From: Yuukianura sp. NJ FZ-2021 | Taxonomy: Eukaryota | DNA length: 64,000 nt | Reading direction: 5' to 3' | Assembly (NCBI GenBank): GCA_046563655.1 | Contig: CM102290.1 | Span: 5,022,001-5,086,000 of the forward strand | Shown: positions 41,212 to 54,895 of the stretch, in pieces | Layout of the letters: each line of letters opens with the position of its first letter | Numbering within the stretch: the first letter of the stretch is position 1 | Position numbers and translations under genes: made by a program | The notes under the pieces: generated by a model | Seen by the model: the letters and a program-made list of their open reading frames with translations, nothing else | What the model was told of the DNA's origin: nothing | The model's database searches: none

Positions 41212-44200
41212 CTATGACTTGAGAATACTGGCAGTATGTGTTGGTTGTGGACGTCTGCGCACAAAAAATCCCCATCTGTACAGGCAGAAAATTATTAGAA
41301 GGAGAACGAGAATTCCGATGATACCTGCAAGAAGGTAAATGAGCCAAGAGACGCCTTCTGCTTCCACCTAGAATTTAAACAACAAAAGTGCTGTCTTATT
41401 TCCCAGTTTTCTGGATTCGCATTTGTGATTAATAAAATTGCGAAACGTGGACGAAATGAAATCTTCCAAAACTTGCTTACCTTTAGCTTCAAATCCGGTT
41501 GGGAAATCGTTAAAGCGTTAACAACGTCATTCACCGGATCCTGCCGGTTATCACCAGGGATTCGGAGTTGAGCTCTGGAATAAATATGAACCGCATCAAC
41601 CCCTGGATAATCTTCTACCAATGTGCTGTTCCAAAGTCTAAAAATAGAACACAGTATTGTCACAATTTAAACATTCTCGCAATAATTTTTCTGGCGTACA
41701 AATAACTAGCGTTTCTAGAGCGTACCTTGAGTGGACCTTAATGTGTGCACTGTCGGACGGTAACAGGCTTCGGACAACACAGATAATCGTCACGCAAATT
41801 GCAGAACCCCGGAGACAATCCTAAAGGAATTGAATATAAAGAACAATTTCAGAAATTAAATATTTAAAATGAAAATTCTTATTTTACCATTTTAACGATT
41901 TTCTGTTTCCGCCCACTACTGTCGATGAATGTTTCTGGAGAAACAACGATCTCACTTGCACGGTTGACCCTCTGACGTTGCGTTTCGGCTTGCTGCGGGC
42001 TTTCGACTGGAACGTATGGTAAGTCTCCCCCAGGCAAATCCAAAACATTGACTACGCCCGGCGGAACGAAACACTCTCCATCACCACTAATCTCGACCTT
42101 CTCCAAATACAAGAGCCACTTGCCCTCGGCCCAGAACACGGAATTGTTGTTTCCCACTTGATGAGGCCATCGTATTTCTATGTTGAAGTGTGAAGCTCTG
42201 GACGGACCATCGTTGAAGACTTCGTAAGTATGGACTACTTTACTCCCGATGTCACTAAGACTGCGCATAGCTGTTTCGCCCTTTACTGTTCCGCTATATG
42301 TAACTTCCATTGGCGTCGAAAGCCAACTGAGATAAAGTTCAGCGACCTTGACCACGGTCACAACCACCGACCTGTAGTTATTCGATTCCTCGTATTCGAT
42401 GGACGTTGAATTCGCCCAAACGTTAAAATCAAGTTGCGTTTCAATTTCCTTTAGAGCACTGGCATCGAAACGCATGGCCAGAACGTCGTCAAAGTCTTTT
42501 CGTTTGTAAGGATTGGCGATTGTACAAACAATGAGCGTTGAATTGAAAAGAGAGCAATCCAGATTTGTAACCTACATCAAACACAAACAATTAATTCAGC
42601 TATAACTATTCTAATACATGAGATTGCAATTTGCAAACATGCTAGTTATTTCGAAAATATTTACCAATAAATAATGCCAAAAAAAATCCTACACCTTAAG
42701 CAACAGAAAATAACTCAAGAAGCCGGAGTTTGTTGCATGAATTAAAGAATTGCTTCATTACGTTTTGGACTTGAGCAATGAAAGGCATCGACTTCGGATG
42801 CTCAATGAAGAGTTTCGCCTCGTAAGCTGGCTCGTCTAAATTCCGAAGAGTGATATTCAAGATAAACTCCTTCTGCTTCCCTAAGATGAGGACATAACGA
42901 CCAGTTTCATCCTCATCCAAGTCAGTAGTTGCGAGTACAAACAAATCACTTCGACAGAGGTCGTCCACTCCACAATCTTTCTCGAAGAAGGCTTGAAACG
43001 ACTTAAAGGCCTCTTGCTGATTCAGAATTGGGAAGTTTTGAATAGAAGGTAATGGCATGTTAGGAATGTAGCGTGGTTCTAGCTGCACAAGGGCGAACGT
43101 CATAGTGAAAGTTATTGGCGTCAGGATATCCTTCATGGGTTTCTGCTCAAATACGAACAATTAGATTTTGGAATTGGATATTAAACATTATTAGAGCTCA
43201 TCTTTAGTAGAAAATATGTACCCTCAAATAAGCAACTTCTTTTTCGCAATGTTTTCCAACTTCATTTTGCCTAACGTAAATAACCTTCTGAACAGTGTGG
43301 TTCATGTTCTCAAGGCCATTTTGGAAGTACACACGAGAGTATTTCTTCCCAGGCTCTGCCTTTGCCTCTAGTGTATAGTTTACTCCCAGATTCGCTACAT
43401 GTACTTTGGCTGCATCCCGAATTTCAAAACATGTAATAATTCTGAAACTGTCAAACAAATAAATTTGATCATCCTAGCCCTTTACTAACTTCGATAGAAT
43501 TGAAGTATCGCCATATTAAGGTATTACCATACAGTAGGGGCATCTACATCTTCAGGACATCCATCGACGCTTGGATCAATCCCTGTTAGGTTTCCGTACA
43601 CTTCAGTGCTAATGTCAATGATTGGCCTGGCTCGAAGTAGAATCGCAGTGCTGGACTCGTAAGCCCCAACTAGAAGGTCCGGATAAGAATTCCCATCTAA
43701 ATCCACTCCTCCACTCAACGAGTACCCGAACGTCAACACATCCGGAAAATATTGTATAGCACGAATCACCTGCACAAATTAAATCCATCATTAAATCAAC
43801 CACTTTTATGTAACAGTCCTACGAAGTAGTATGTTACAAACTGAACCTGAGCTGGTTCCGTGACAACACCGAGACTGGAACCAAGATAAATATAAACAGC
43901 TCCATGTCCAGCGTCATCATACGGTGCTCCCACGGCCAAATCCTCAAACCCATCATGATTCAAGTCCCCAAGAGAGCTCAGCGCAAATCCAAATCTGGAA
44001 TCCGAAGGTCCCGTCAGCTTAACAAAGGGAGTCTTCACACTAAACCCGGTTCCGTCATTAATGTAGATATACACAGCTCCGCTGTCCCCGCCAACCTTGG
44101 GATCCAGCATGTAAAACGGTGCTCCAACTGCTAAGTCCGTCCGACTAAAATTAACAAAAATGGCTTTTAGCTTTTTCCAATGGCTGAGTTTTGAATCCTT

Positions 44201-47200
44201 ACTTGTCTCCATTAAGATCCAAGGCAGCCAGTTCGTAACCGTATGAGGACGCGAATCCTTCCCCCGTCAGTACTCCTTCAGGCTGCAGCACTTCGCTAGA
44301 ATTCTAAAAACAGATAAGAAGCATTAATTAACTGAAACAGCTTTTACAAATTTAGCGTGAAGTGTACGCGTGTCAATAAATAAAAGTACCAAATTCAGCA
44401 TTTGTACACAACAACAAACAAATGTTTTGGAAAACATAGTACTACTGTTGCATGTACCTACGAATAGTTAAAAAAAGCTACAACTGAGTGGTTACGATAG
44501 TTTAGGTTATGTGTGAGAACAATGTAACCTACATTAGTTCCGACAAAGTATTATGGCAAGTAGGTAAGTGAACAATGTACCTACATTTATGTTATGTTCG
44601 ACTACATAGTTTTAAGTTCTGTACTTTTGCTCCTGGAGGGAAGACACCCATTTTTTTTTCTTTGAGTTCGACTGGACTAAACTAAATTTCTTTTTCGTGT
44701 CTACTCAGTAATTGGTACACTCAACTTAAGTTCTTGAAATGACAATGTTTGACCGCGCCCCATCACATTCGGCTGGAAAGTAATGATTATACTAATAAGA
44801 ACCGGCCATAGTTTCGGTCGCCTGATTTGGTCGTCTGACTTCAATTTGGACACTCTCGATAAGACTGTCTTAGAATGACTTTGAATTACCTTGGAGAAAA
44901 AGAGAACTTGACCGGATCCGTTGGCAGCTTTCGGAGCCCCTGTCGCATATGAGTATTTACTGGGCCCGAAGAACTTTCCTCCAGTGACAGACATGCCAAG
45001 GTATGAATACTTGTCAACGGGACTTAGGATCCCAAAGGGAGAGTGGTAGTGCTGTCGGTCCTTGTTCAAGTAATCATCAGATACGGAAATTCCATAAATC
45101 GTTCCACGACAAGTGTAGGCACCAGGAGCACCCATCAGAGCAGTGTCGTCATCCACCAAATGTCCCGCCGTACCCACTTGACAAAATCCAAAGTCCTCCA
45201 AACCCTGACGCTGCTTATTGCGACATGGCTCAAGCGTCTGGCTATACGATAAATTTTCATCCAGGAAGTGACACAAACCAAGACCCCAACGAAAGTCATC
45301 ACCTTTGTGAACGTACCGATGAGCACAGACCTACAAGTCCAAAAAAAACTAATTATATGTACAGCATAGGTGCAAACGAAAATCAGAATCTTAATACAAA
45401 ATATTCTCTAAATAAGTAACTGAAAACCTCAAACTCTTAATAAAATATAAACTTCATGGTTGCATAATATTAAATATTATATTATATTGCATAGCAAAAG
45501 AATATAAACTCCATTTCTTTTTAGTGAGGCCTCAGTGCGGCCGCAAAGGAAGCCTCACTTGAGGCCCACGCCACAAGAAATGGAGAAAGGGCTGAGGTTT
45601 TTAAAATTTGCTTATTTAGAGAATGTTACTGTAATTTGCGATGTCCTGGCTTTGAAACTTTCACTTTTCGGTGACTTGCTCTAATTTATCACTACACTTA
45701 CCATGACCTTCCCTCCTTTGCCTTGGCTTTTGACAGTGACCCCAAGCCACTGCCCATCTTTGTACTCGTCATTTGAGGGTTGGTACAGATTATCTGATCC
45801 AATTGCTGTTGAAAAAATACAAAAAGTGAAAATTTCGGTCGGAATTACTAATTTAGAGCATGCACTAATAAACTCGATGGTTGCCAAACGTTGGTTTGGA
45901 ATTCGGGAGTTCATTGCAAACAAAAACCATTACATATTCACAAAAAAACGCAGATTTCGAGCAAAAATCATGCCCAGTCCTTTTATATTTGCAAAATTCA
46001 CAAACCCAAGCACATTCCTTTCCGATTTGCTGATCTTGTCAAGTGGTTTTTCTAAGTGAATTTGAATGCCCACCCGTACGCTTCACGTAATTATTTCAAA
46101 TCCACCCTAGCCAAGTTCAGAGCCCTTTAACATGCACGAGCATAAAACTAAAAACTTTCAAACTTCACACATTTCCGAACTTAGTTTTGTCGCCCCTCCC
46201 ACACAGGCTTGTGTACATCCGTTGTTGGTCCATACATGATGCAAAACAAACGCGAAAAATGCTTTTACCTCTTTACTCCAGCATGGCATACATTGGTCGT
46301 TTTGTTTCCAATCTTGGCATTTCTCAGGGTCAAACCATCTTCCCATCCCATAAAAAATGGAATTCAGAGGGGTGAAAGGATATTAATTTTGTGCAACTTA
46401 GCGTGCGGAAATTGTGCTAAAAGTGTTACTTCTTGTAGCAAGCGTTAGTAATTTTAGATCTTACATAGCAAACGAAATACTAAGGCACAGTCAGCCATGG
46501 AGTCCGAGCAAAGAATATCTAGCGACTGCATATCGCTTGTTTCTCTCTCTTCTACGCAATTAAAATGCTTCAAGTCCCACTAAGGAATCAAACAGCTAAA
46601 AAATTCAACTTTAAGTTCTCGATTTCCTAGGTAGATTTACGTTTTTACATGCACACGCTGTTAAATGAAATCAATCGTATCTGGACATGCGGTTCGATTT
46701 TTAGTAGGAAATTCGTTCCGCATGCAACAAATCATTAGAGCATGTACCACGCTTAATTCCCAGCAACCACACCGATGAATTTGAAGTCAAAATTTAGCCT
46801 CACTTACAGGAATCATAACTTTTGGAGACTGGATCTACAATGAAAATAGAAACATAAGTAAGAAAAAAAAAACAATGAGATTTACATTTTTTGTGTAACA
46901 AGAGCCGAGTCCAGAAGGTTCTGTCTGTGTCTGAACCAGCGCTAACGCAAGTGAATGTCGGTTGATACAGTACAGTAACCGTCCAGTTGACATGAACATG
47001 TAGGATAACGTACACTGATTTTTGAAAAGTTACTACAAAACTAATTCGGTGTGGTAAAAACAATTTTGCAGTTACCATAATATACCGATAACGACGCTTG
47101 GTATTTTCGTTTTTGCGAGTCCCGTCTTAAAATACCAATTCTACCAGCGGTATGTTCGGTGGGAACGGGAAATGCAAAAAAAGTTACGACCCACTTAAAC

Positions 47201-49916
47201 CCTGCTCCCTAACCACTATTTCCGACTAAAAGGCAAACAAAAATTTTTGTCGCCATATTTTTTTTTCTGAATTTGTGCGCCCAAATTAAGCTTAACTTGG
47301 TTATAACTGATAGTCTTTCTCAAGACATATCTCGCCAGAAGAGTTAAGTCAACTTACTTCGTTTCCCATCCGTCACGACTTGGATACATTCTTCTTCGAC
47401 AAGAGTCAAGGGACATTTGAACAAAGCTCCAGATTTAGTTGTATTTGGTTGAAGATTTTGACCCAATGGCGCACCCACTAGAATCCTGCAGAATATAAAC
47501 ATTGGCGTAAATCAAACAATCGAATGTCTCTCGCTTCTCAATTCTAGTCCAAGATTAACTATAACCCTACTTTTTTTTAAAAGTAAAAGCACAGACGAAT
47601 TTTATGAGTTAAAGTTTTTAAATTCAAGAGTTCGTAGGGTCCAGTAATCTAACTGTCATATTAGATTACACACAGACATAAAATCTAAGTAATTTCGACA
47701 CCCAACCCAGTATCCAAATTACTTCAGCGTTTTTATTTCCGATCGGTGGTGCAATGAACATGAAGACATAAGTGAAAACTTCATCTTCTTGCCCGCATAA
47801 AAAAAACATTTTTCGAAGTTTTTGAATTTTGAACTGTTGAACGCTTCTGAATCATGAAGAGGCTAAAAGCAATCTAAAACAAAAACCATAATCAATTTCA
47901 AGCGACTTTTTGGATACCTTCGAAACCCTATGCAGCCATAATAGCCATTCTTAATGAGGCGTGAATTCCATTAACATTTAGAATCTAGACGCAGTGGTAG
48001 CCTACCCCAAATGTCATATTGCTCATCGACGCCAAGCATCATATTTAGCTAACATCAGTAAATACGGGTTCAAAATCCAAATCACATTAAGGCTCCAAAC
48101 TAAGCACCCACAGCATCATCATTAGGCAATAACTGAACACTATCATAAAGTGAATAAAACAAATGTAAATGTGATGTAATGCTTAAAATATTAAACGAGG
48201 AAAAAATCGTCATCACAGTCTGCAAATTTACAAGAAACGCAGAGTAAGAGGGTGGGTCCTTTAAAACATTTCGAACCCTAATGGGATAACTATTAATTTA
48301 CTTTTTCGTGCTGTACCCTAGACAGAGAGCAATAAACAAAGCACCAAGTTCAACTGATGCCGGAATAATTTCAAAATGAAAGTGTTATTCTCCCAAAGTG
48401 GCAGACATTGGTTCCTGAAACAAACTTTGTGCGTGTTTCCGTTTCACAAATTTTTGGAAATAAAAATGACTTTCATTTCTTTTCTACATTCACAAATCAC
48501 AACATGGTATGAATTCGGATGGTATGGCAGCAAATAAGCTTCCAACCCCACCGCTTTTTGAATCAGACTTTGAGCTGACTCACAGTTAAGCAAACCTTTT
48601 CCACCGTGTTTACGCAGTAACCTTTAGATATTGTTTCTATTTTCACGTGGAGAGGAAACTATAAGCGAAACACCCTCATTTTAAACAAATTCATAGCACC
48701 TACACCTAAACCATCAAACTTGATATATTTGTTTCATACTTCATGCACTCCGGTTGCCCTTGCCATTGCAGCTTTTTGAAGTGGCAGTCTATTCTTACCA
48801 AGAACATCTCTAAAAACAAGGCTTAAAGAGAGTTCAATGATTGACTCCTTTACATGGCAAGAAAAAAGCAGTGCCAACAGAGGAACTCAAAAGAAAACGC
48901 CCGAACAGAACACAATCTTTGGGATGAAAATAAGGCTTAACCTCAATCTGGTTCTTGTTCCAATTGGCTTTCTGAGAACAATTTTGTAATATAGAGTAAC
49001 TTCTAAAAAAAAAAACTCCTCCAACGCTATACAAATATATGTCCAAAGATAAACCACGGAAAATGACTAAAGTTCTTGACTTTTCCTAGACTCTTTCAAA
49101 GTTCAACCAATGATCAATGGTTTGTTTTTCTCTGACTTCTTTAAAAAAAAGTTGAAGTTGCACTAAAGTTAAGTGACTCATACATTCCTGTTTCGAAACC
49201 TATCAAACTGATAGTCTTTTCTCTATTTTTTAAAGTTTCGAAATCGAATGAGTGAGAAGGGAAAAGCATGAACACGGTATTAACCGACAAAAGTGTAAAC
49301 GTTGATATTAATGTTTGTATTCCGACAACTGTGTTTGTCTCCTCCGTCTTAAAATGTTTACATGAGATATCCTTGAATCTGAAAAGATATTATTTTCCTT
49401 CCATGGAACTAACGAAATGGATCCATGGAAGGAAATTAATTTAAAGAGCTTTAGCCAATTGAGCATTACAATGTAACAAGTTTAATGACTTCCTCGCCCT
49501 CTACTAACCTTTCCCCCACCTCTTTTGTGCGAAGAGGGAGGAAAGGCTTTTATGGTATCCTCCATTCGCACAGAATCCAGTAAATTATTTAAGACTTTAA
49601 ATCTTTAGCTAAATCCGTACAGTTGCAACTGCTTCAAATCCCTCAACTTAGTTTACTTGTTCATGCAGGATGCCCAACTAACATAAACATTCAATTAATT
49701 GCTTGGATTTCGAATAAAGAAGACGGTTACTCACCAAGGTACCTTGTCACTTGTAAGGTGTTGAGCTACAGAGAATCCGAAGTATGACTCGGGTATCCCC
49801 TTCTTGATGACTGGTAGATTGGGTTCAAGGTTGAATGTGTTGACCCCTGTTAGTGAATGTTGACCCACAAGAAGGCAGACGGCGACATTAGCCCACAACA
49901 ACAATGACTTCTTCAT
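41212..49916 (-). CDS. mew: Integrin alpha subunit, alphaPS1 (mew)/laminin-receptor type; about 1064 aa (1073 aa with microexon)
   Basis: Exons read by hand with GT-AG junctions and consistent phases: 49735-49916, 47358-47485, [46808-46834 microexon], 45702-45805, 44890-45330, 44203-44303, 43847-44144, 43528-43769, 43222-43447, 42762-43142, 41888-42571, 41726-41820, 41481-41637, 41212-41367. The protein has a signal peptide followed by FNLE..., FG-GAP repeats ([54 protein letters not shown]), thigh/calf regions, a TM helix and the tail [10 protein letters not shown]. The segment [24 protein letters not shown] resembles Drosophila alphaPS1. Confidence 0.92.
45402..45625. mobile_element. Short hairpin MITE (family A, copy 2) in an integrin intron, with an AT-rich internal insertion
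   Basis: Same TIR and core as 34798-34942, plus about 75 bp of extra AT-rich sequence at about 45436-45510. Confidence 0.78.
46808..46834 (-). CDS. Candidate 27-nt symmetric microexon of the integrin alpha gene (NPVSKSYDS)
   Basis: Minus strand reads ...tttctattttcattgtag|ATCCAGTCTCCAAAAGTTATGATTCCT|gtaagtg. Phase 1-1 matches both flanking exons and there is no stop codon. Confidence 0.65.
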
Positions 49917-52834
49917 CCCATGCGCCACCTTCTCTTCGAGCCAGTTGCCAAACAATTTTCTATCGTCGTCACCGGTAAAAATAGAACTTAGTCACTCGGA
50001 ATTTGTTGCAGTAACAGTCTTGAGAGTGGCACTGAATTCCTCAAATGATGTAGGCCACGGTATGCCTAGGAACAAAAAATGATGAATTAGAATTCATTAA
50101 TACTGCACTAAACTGGATTTAAATCGTTTGGTTTTAGAACCTGGTACGTGGGTTACATCCAGAACCGACGTCCTTGCCAGTCTGTGTCCTGTACTGACCG
50201 TGTCACTGCTGCATACACAATAAAAATGCAGGAACGAAACGAACACGGAGAGATATACGGAAAGACTAGACAAATATTCTGCTTGTTGCCTTTCCTTGGC
50301 TCTTCTGAATTGTCGACGATGATGATGATGAGACGAGAGAGAAGACGAGACCAGACGAGAGGGTAGGAGGGTAGAAGAGGGAGATGAATTCGAGAAAGAT
50401 GAGCTGAGAACAAAAATGCATCATTATATTTGTACAAAATTCGAAATAACTTGGAGATGGAATTCCGGCGTCCCGAGTCGCCCAAAAGACCTGTAAAGTC
50501 TTGAAACAAAAATACAAATCGTTGGCGTAAATAAATATATAAATAGTTTTACATTTTATAACGTATATAATTTCCAATTCTGCCAAAAACGTCCATATGG
50601 CCTATGCCGTCTGCCAGAAACAGTATGAATATAAAAGGGTGATGGCAGCTCTTGGTAATAACCTCAATCATGGTAGTGCAAACGCCGAGCAAAGAGCGGT
50701 CCCCGTACTGGAGAAAGCGCATGCGTGGGATCCTAACACACCGCCAGTACGCTATCCGCATTAGCAAACTCCCACTTTATCTAATTTCCAATGAATACAA
50801 AATGGTTTAAAGTATTTACACTTGTTCAAGTTCTTCATTTCTTGATTCAGGACCTTCTTTTGGCATAAGATGCGACGTTTTTCAAATTCCTGGACTATTG
50901 TTTTCTTAAATGAAAAAACGAACTTAAGTTGGAGAGCAATTAAACATTTCTGGGAATTTCCAATTAAGTCGCAAACTCGCAAGCGCAACAGCCTCCGCTC
51001 TGCGTATTCCAAAAAAATTCCGCCCATTAATATAAAAAATAGAAATAGAAATAGAATAATATAAATTTAATTTAATTTAATATAAATTAAAATAGAAAAA
51101 TATAGCTACTAAAGAATTACACATCTACAATTACTAAAAAAATTTTTTTAGTAGTACTACTGACCGTTAAATGAGAGTTTTATGAAGCGCCTCGCAGGCT
51201 GTATTTAATTGAAAACGCGTATTTTGAGGGGATCCAGTGTTAAATTTATGTCCAAAACGCTCTTCTACAAAAATGATTTAATTTCAAACCAAGACACCCC
51301 TCATGCACTTTTCCAAAACGTTTTGGAACGAACACGTAACGAATAATGGAGAAAAGAATAATCTTCATATGTCAAATATCATTTTAACCCAGGATAAACA
51401 AACCAATTGAGATGAACGTGACCGTCTTCCAAAAAGAAAAGCTGTCACTGTGTCATTGGCATTCTACCAGCACTAAACTTTTTGCCGAATTTGAAAAGAA
51501 AAACTATTTAGCGTTTTTAGCTTGTCATTTCCGGAGAAAGATTCTCTCAAGTTTCAACTCCGAAGAGCAATTCTTGAACGATAACCAAACTCACAAAATT
51601 TAATTCTTCACATTGTAATGTATTGTTTTTTAAACACTTTAGGGTACACTCTGTCATTGGTCAAAAATTTTCTTCTGCTAATGAGTTGGATTTCTATGGT
51701 AAATGCATATTCTATTAGTTCAAAACCTTCTAGAAACTAAGTCCTCGGGTTTTTATACTATTTTCGTAATGATTTCTTCTGCCCATGCCCTACTTCTCAG
51801 TCCGACTCCGAAGCTCCGTAAGTCTTGTATCAGACTCAAAGACCACATGAGCGCATCTCCACGACATGTTAGCAACGTAAAGAAGACATTTGGACCTGGT
51901 TCGGGCGGGCGTTTGAGCAAACACACCTTGCTAGGCAGTCGTCGTTTTCAACTCCTTGAGTTCACACCGCTAGGAGATGAAATCAAGTTTGCTGATTGCC
52001 TACCGCTTACGTGATGTGATTTATACTTTTTGCACTATTATTTCTATGAAGAACTAAATCGACGTTGTTGTCGGATCGGAACACTTAATATGGCAACAGC
52101 GAAATGTCGCCGGGGGTCTTCACGCATCAGTTCTCGGAGACGTAAATGTAAATTTTAAATTTGTATATTATTCACCTACTTTTATTCTTAAGTTCTACTA
52201 CCTTATTTCACGGCGTTCACCACGCGCGATGCGCGTTATCTGGTGCTTTAATGGCGCGATGCACAAAATACAAAACGTACACTTCTTCAAAACTTTTAAT
52301 TAATATCTCCAACTTTAGAAAATATCAGAAATCCCCCTAATTTCGAACCGGCATGGCATCATCTGTATGGTTTAATGATAGACTGTCTTAGAACATTTTG
52401 CTTATAAATTGATCTTTAGTCTGAGAACAATAGCTAAATAAAGACAGGTTTCAGTTCAAAGCGTCTTGATATGCAAATAACGCCAAAAGTAATAATGTAA
52501 CGATTAGCACGATAATATTTTATAAAATAATTGGTGCAAAGTGTCCTTTTTGTTGTTTCTGGCCATATTTTTTGAAGAGTGGCCGTACTCGTAAATCAGG
52601 AGAATATTGTGAACGTATTCATCTTAATTATTGAAATTGGTGAAGGTGATGAAGTTGATAAAGTTGCATCTTCTAACTTTGGGCATATGAACTCATAAAT
52701 CATGAACACGCAGATCCAAAAAATTGACTGAGAAAACGAGTTACTGTTATTAGCAGTTATCCATTTTATGCTACACAGTGGTGGTTTGATCTTACTGACC
52801 TTGACATCTGACATATGTGACCCGGGATACTAAT

Positions 52835-53618
52835 AGGGAGGACAAAAAGTTGATTCTATGTAATAGTCGAAATAATTTGGTCAAAGGTAATAAGGCGGAA
52901 GTAAAAGGCAAAAGAGTGAAATGGTCGCTATTTAAAAATATCAAAATATCAGAACGTCGAAAAGTAAATAGATCAAAAGTAAAATGGTCGCAACAGCAAA
53001 TGGTCGAAACGTGAAAATATCAAAAAAAATTAAAATAAACCATTGAAGCATATGTCAAAATTTAATAATTTTTGAAAAAAAAACCTGTTATTGTTTATTC
53101 TACCAAGATTTCAAAAGTTTAGGGAATAGAAACACGAAGTGGGCCCTTGTGCGTTTTTTCTCCATAATAAGAGCACATTAGGGCGAAGGACACGGGTTTC
53201 TATTCCCTAAACTTTTGAAATTTAAATAACCTAACGCGTGTCTTCGGGGCGGAGACATAGGTCACAATTCTAAAAAAAAAATTCTCATTTTGTATGTGAA
53301 TTTCCATTGTTAATTACAATCTTAATTAATCAATCTTACGAAAAAGGAGGTGTGACTGCCAAAAACGAGTTTCAGATTTGAAATCTACGCCAACGAATTG
53401 ATATACAAAAATTCAATACCAAAAATCTCAGTGCCATATTTTCGACCTTTTCATCTTTCGGCCATTTGTTTTTGCGACCATTATACTTCCGATCAATTTA
53501 CTTTTCGAGTTTTTCATATTTGGATGTTTTTACATTGCGACCATTTTACTTGCGACCTTTTCACTTTTTGGACTTTTTACTTTCGACCATATTACTTGCA
53601 ATCAAATTATTTCGCCCT
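52835..53618. mobile_element. Fold-back element with long degenerate IR arms built from ~15-bp subrepeats and an inner hairpin
   Basis: About 52865-53025 (AAAATGGTCGCAA/AAAGTAAA motifs) is the diverged reverse complement of about 53437-53615. Inner IR ATTTCAAAAGTTTAGGGAATAGAAAC at about 53108 pairs with about 53196-53221. Confidence 0.7.
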
Positions 53619-54895
53619 TAGTACCTGCTACGGAAAAGTTACATTTCAAAGAGTGGCCTCTTATGTTGCCTTAAAATAAAAAGCTATATATTAGCTTCTG
53701 GTCACTTCCGGTGAAACTAAATGCAAACGCACACAGAGAAAGCAATATTAACACTTTTAGCATTCCAATTAATAACGAGTAGCAATGTTTATACCGCAAC
53801 AGTATTCATCATTTTACCTCCTTTAATTTTTGAGTTTTTGGCTAAGCGTCTGCTACATTCTCCGTAAACCTCAGCCGAATGGTTGAGACCTGACTTTTAG
53901 CGCGGTTGATTGATTAATGGGGAATGAATGTAGGAATATGGGCTTTCCACCTGTCACACTTTTCAAACAGTAGTTTTTCAGGGCTCGACTTTGGAATCAA
54001 GGTTTTACGGTTTGAACGGTTGATTTTGGCCATGTCTCAGCTTTCGCCAAGTCAGGCACGTAGTGTACGGAAAAAATACCTTGCCGGTAAACATCGCCAT
54101 GACGTAGAGATACCACGAAATTAAAGCACGAAAATTCATCAGACTCAAAATTTCCTGCAACGTGTAGGTTAGGTTTTAAGTTTCGTCGCAGCTGAAAACT
54201 TTATAAACGCTTGAAGGTGCATGGGACAGCATTTCCGCATCAACAAAATTTGGCAAAAGCAGAAAATGGACATCTGACGTAGACGTTTGACGTACGAATT
54301 CGGTTTATTCTGCGAATTTAAGATCTTTTGCATTGGGTTCATCCGGGTTTAGCATTGCGGATCTCAAAAAACGTATTATTTTGACAGAAGTCTCAAAACA
54401 TCCACCTGGTTTCAGTTCAGACGCTGTTTACTTTTACGAAGTTACTCCACAGTTTTACACAGGATTTCACCTCGTCTTTCAGAAAAAAAGGCACGCCTTT
54501 CACTTTGATAGACAAAGTGATGAAATACGAACTGTACTAACAGTGTCAGTCAGTCATGTTCGTCCTTTGCTAGAATCTATTGCCCTTTTCTTACGCTTTT
54601 CACGCTCAACATTATTATGGAAAACTAAGATTCAACACCATAAACTCAAATTGGTTTGGACCTTTAAAATAAAATTAGACTTAAATTAATACCTTGTAAA
54701 TTGTTGGCTTCTCGCACAGATTTCGCTTCCTACGTACTGCGTAAGTATTCTGTTTTTACAAACAGGGTTTGGGATTGGCGGGAGCAGCAGGTTCTACTCC
54801 AACCCCGTCCTCACATTATTAACGGCACTGATAGATCCGACGTAACCAAGTATTCCTAAGAAATAAAAGGAAATTTAACTGGAGTTTTTTTTTAG

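Noticed and set aside
44701..44889. C-terminal extension of the 191-aa ORF 44701-45276
   Set aside because: This is read-through into the intron after the GTAATT donor at 44889; integrin homology resumes at exon 44203-44303.
54766..54841. Candidate upstream coding exon of SSUH2
   Set aside because: It has an AG acceptor, but I found no donor giving a stop-free phase-1 join to exon 54896, so the 5' end is left unresolved.
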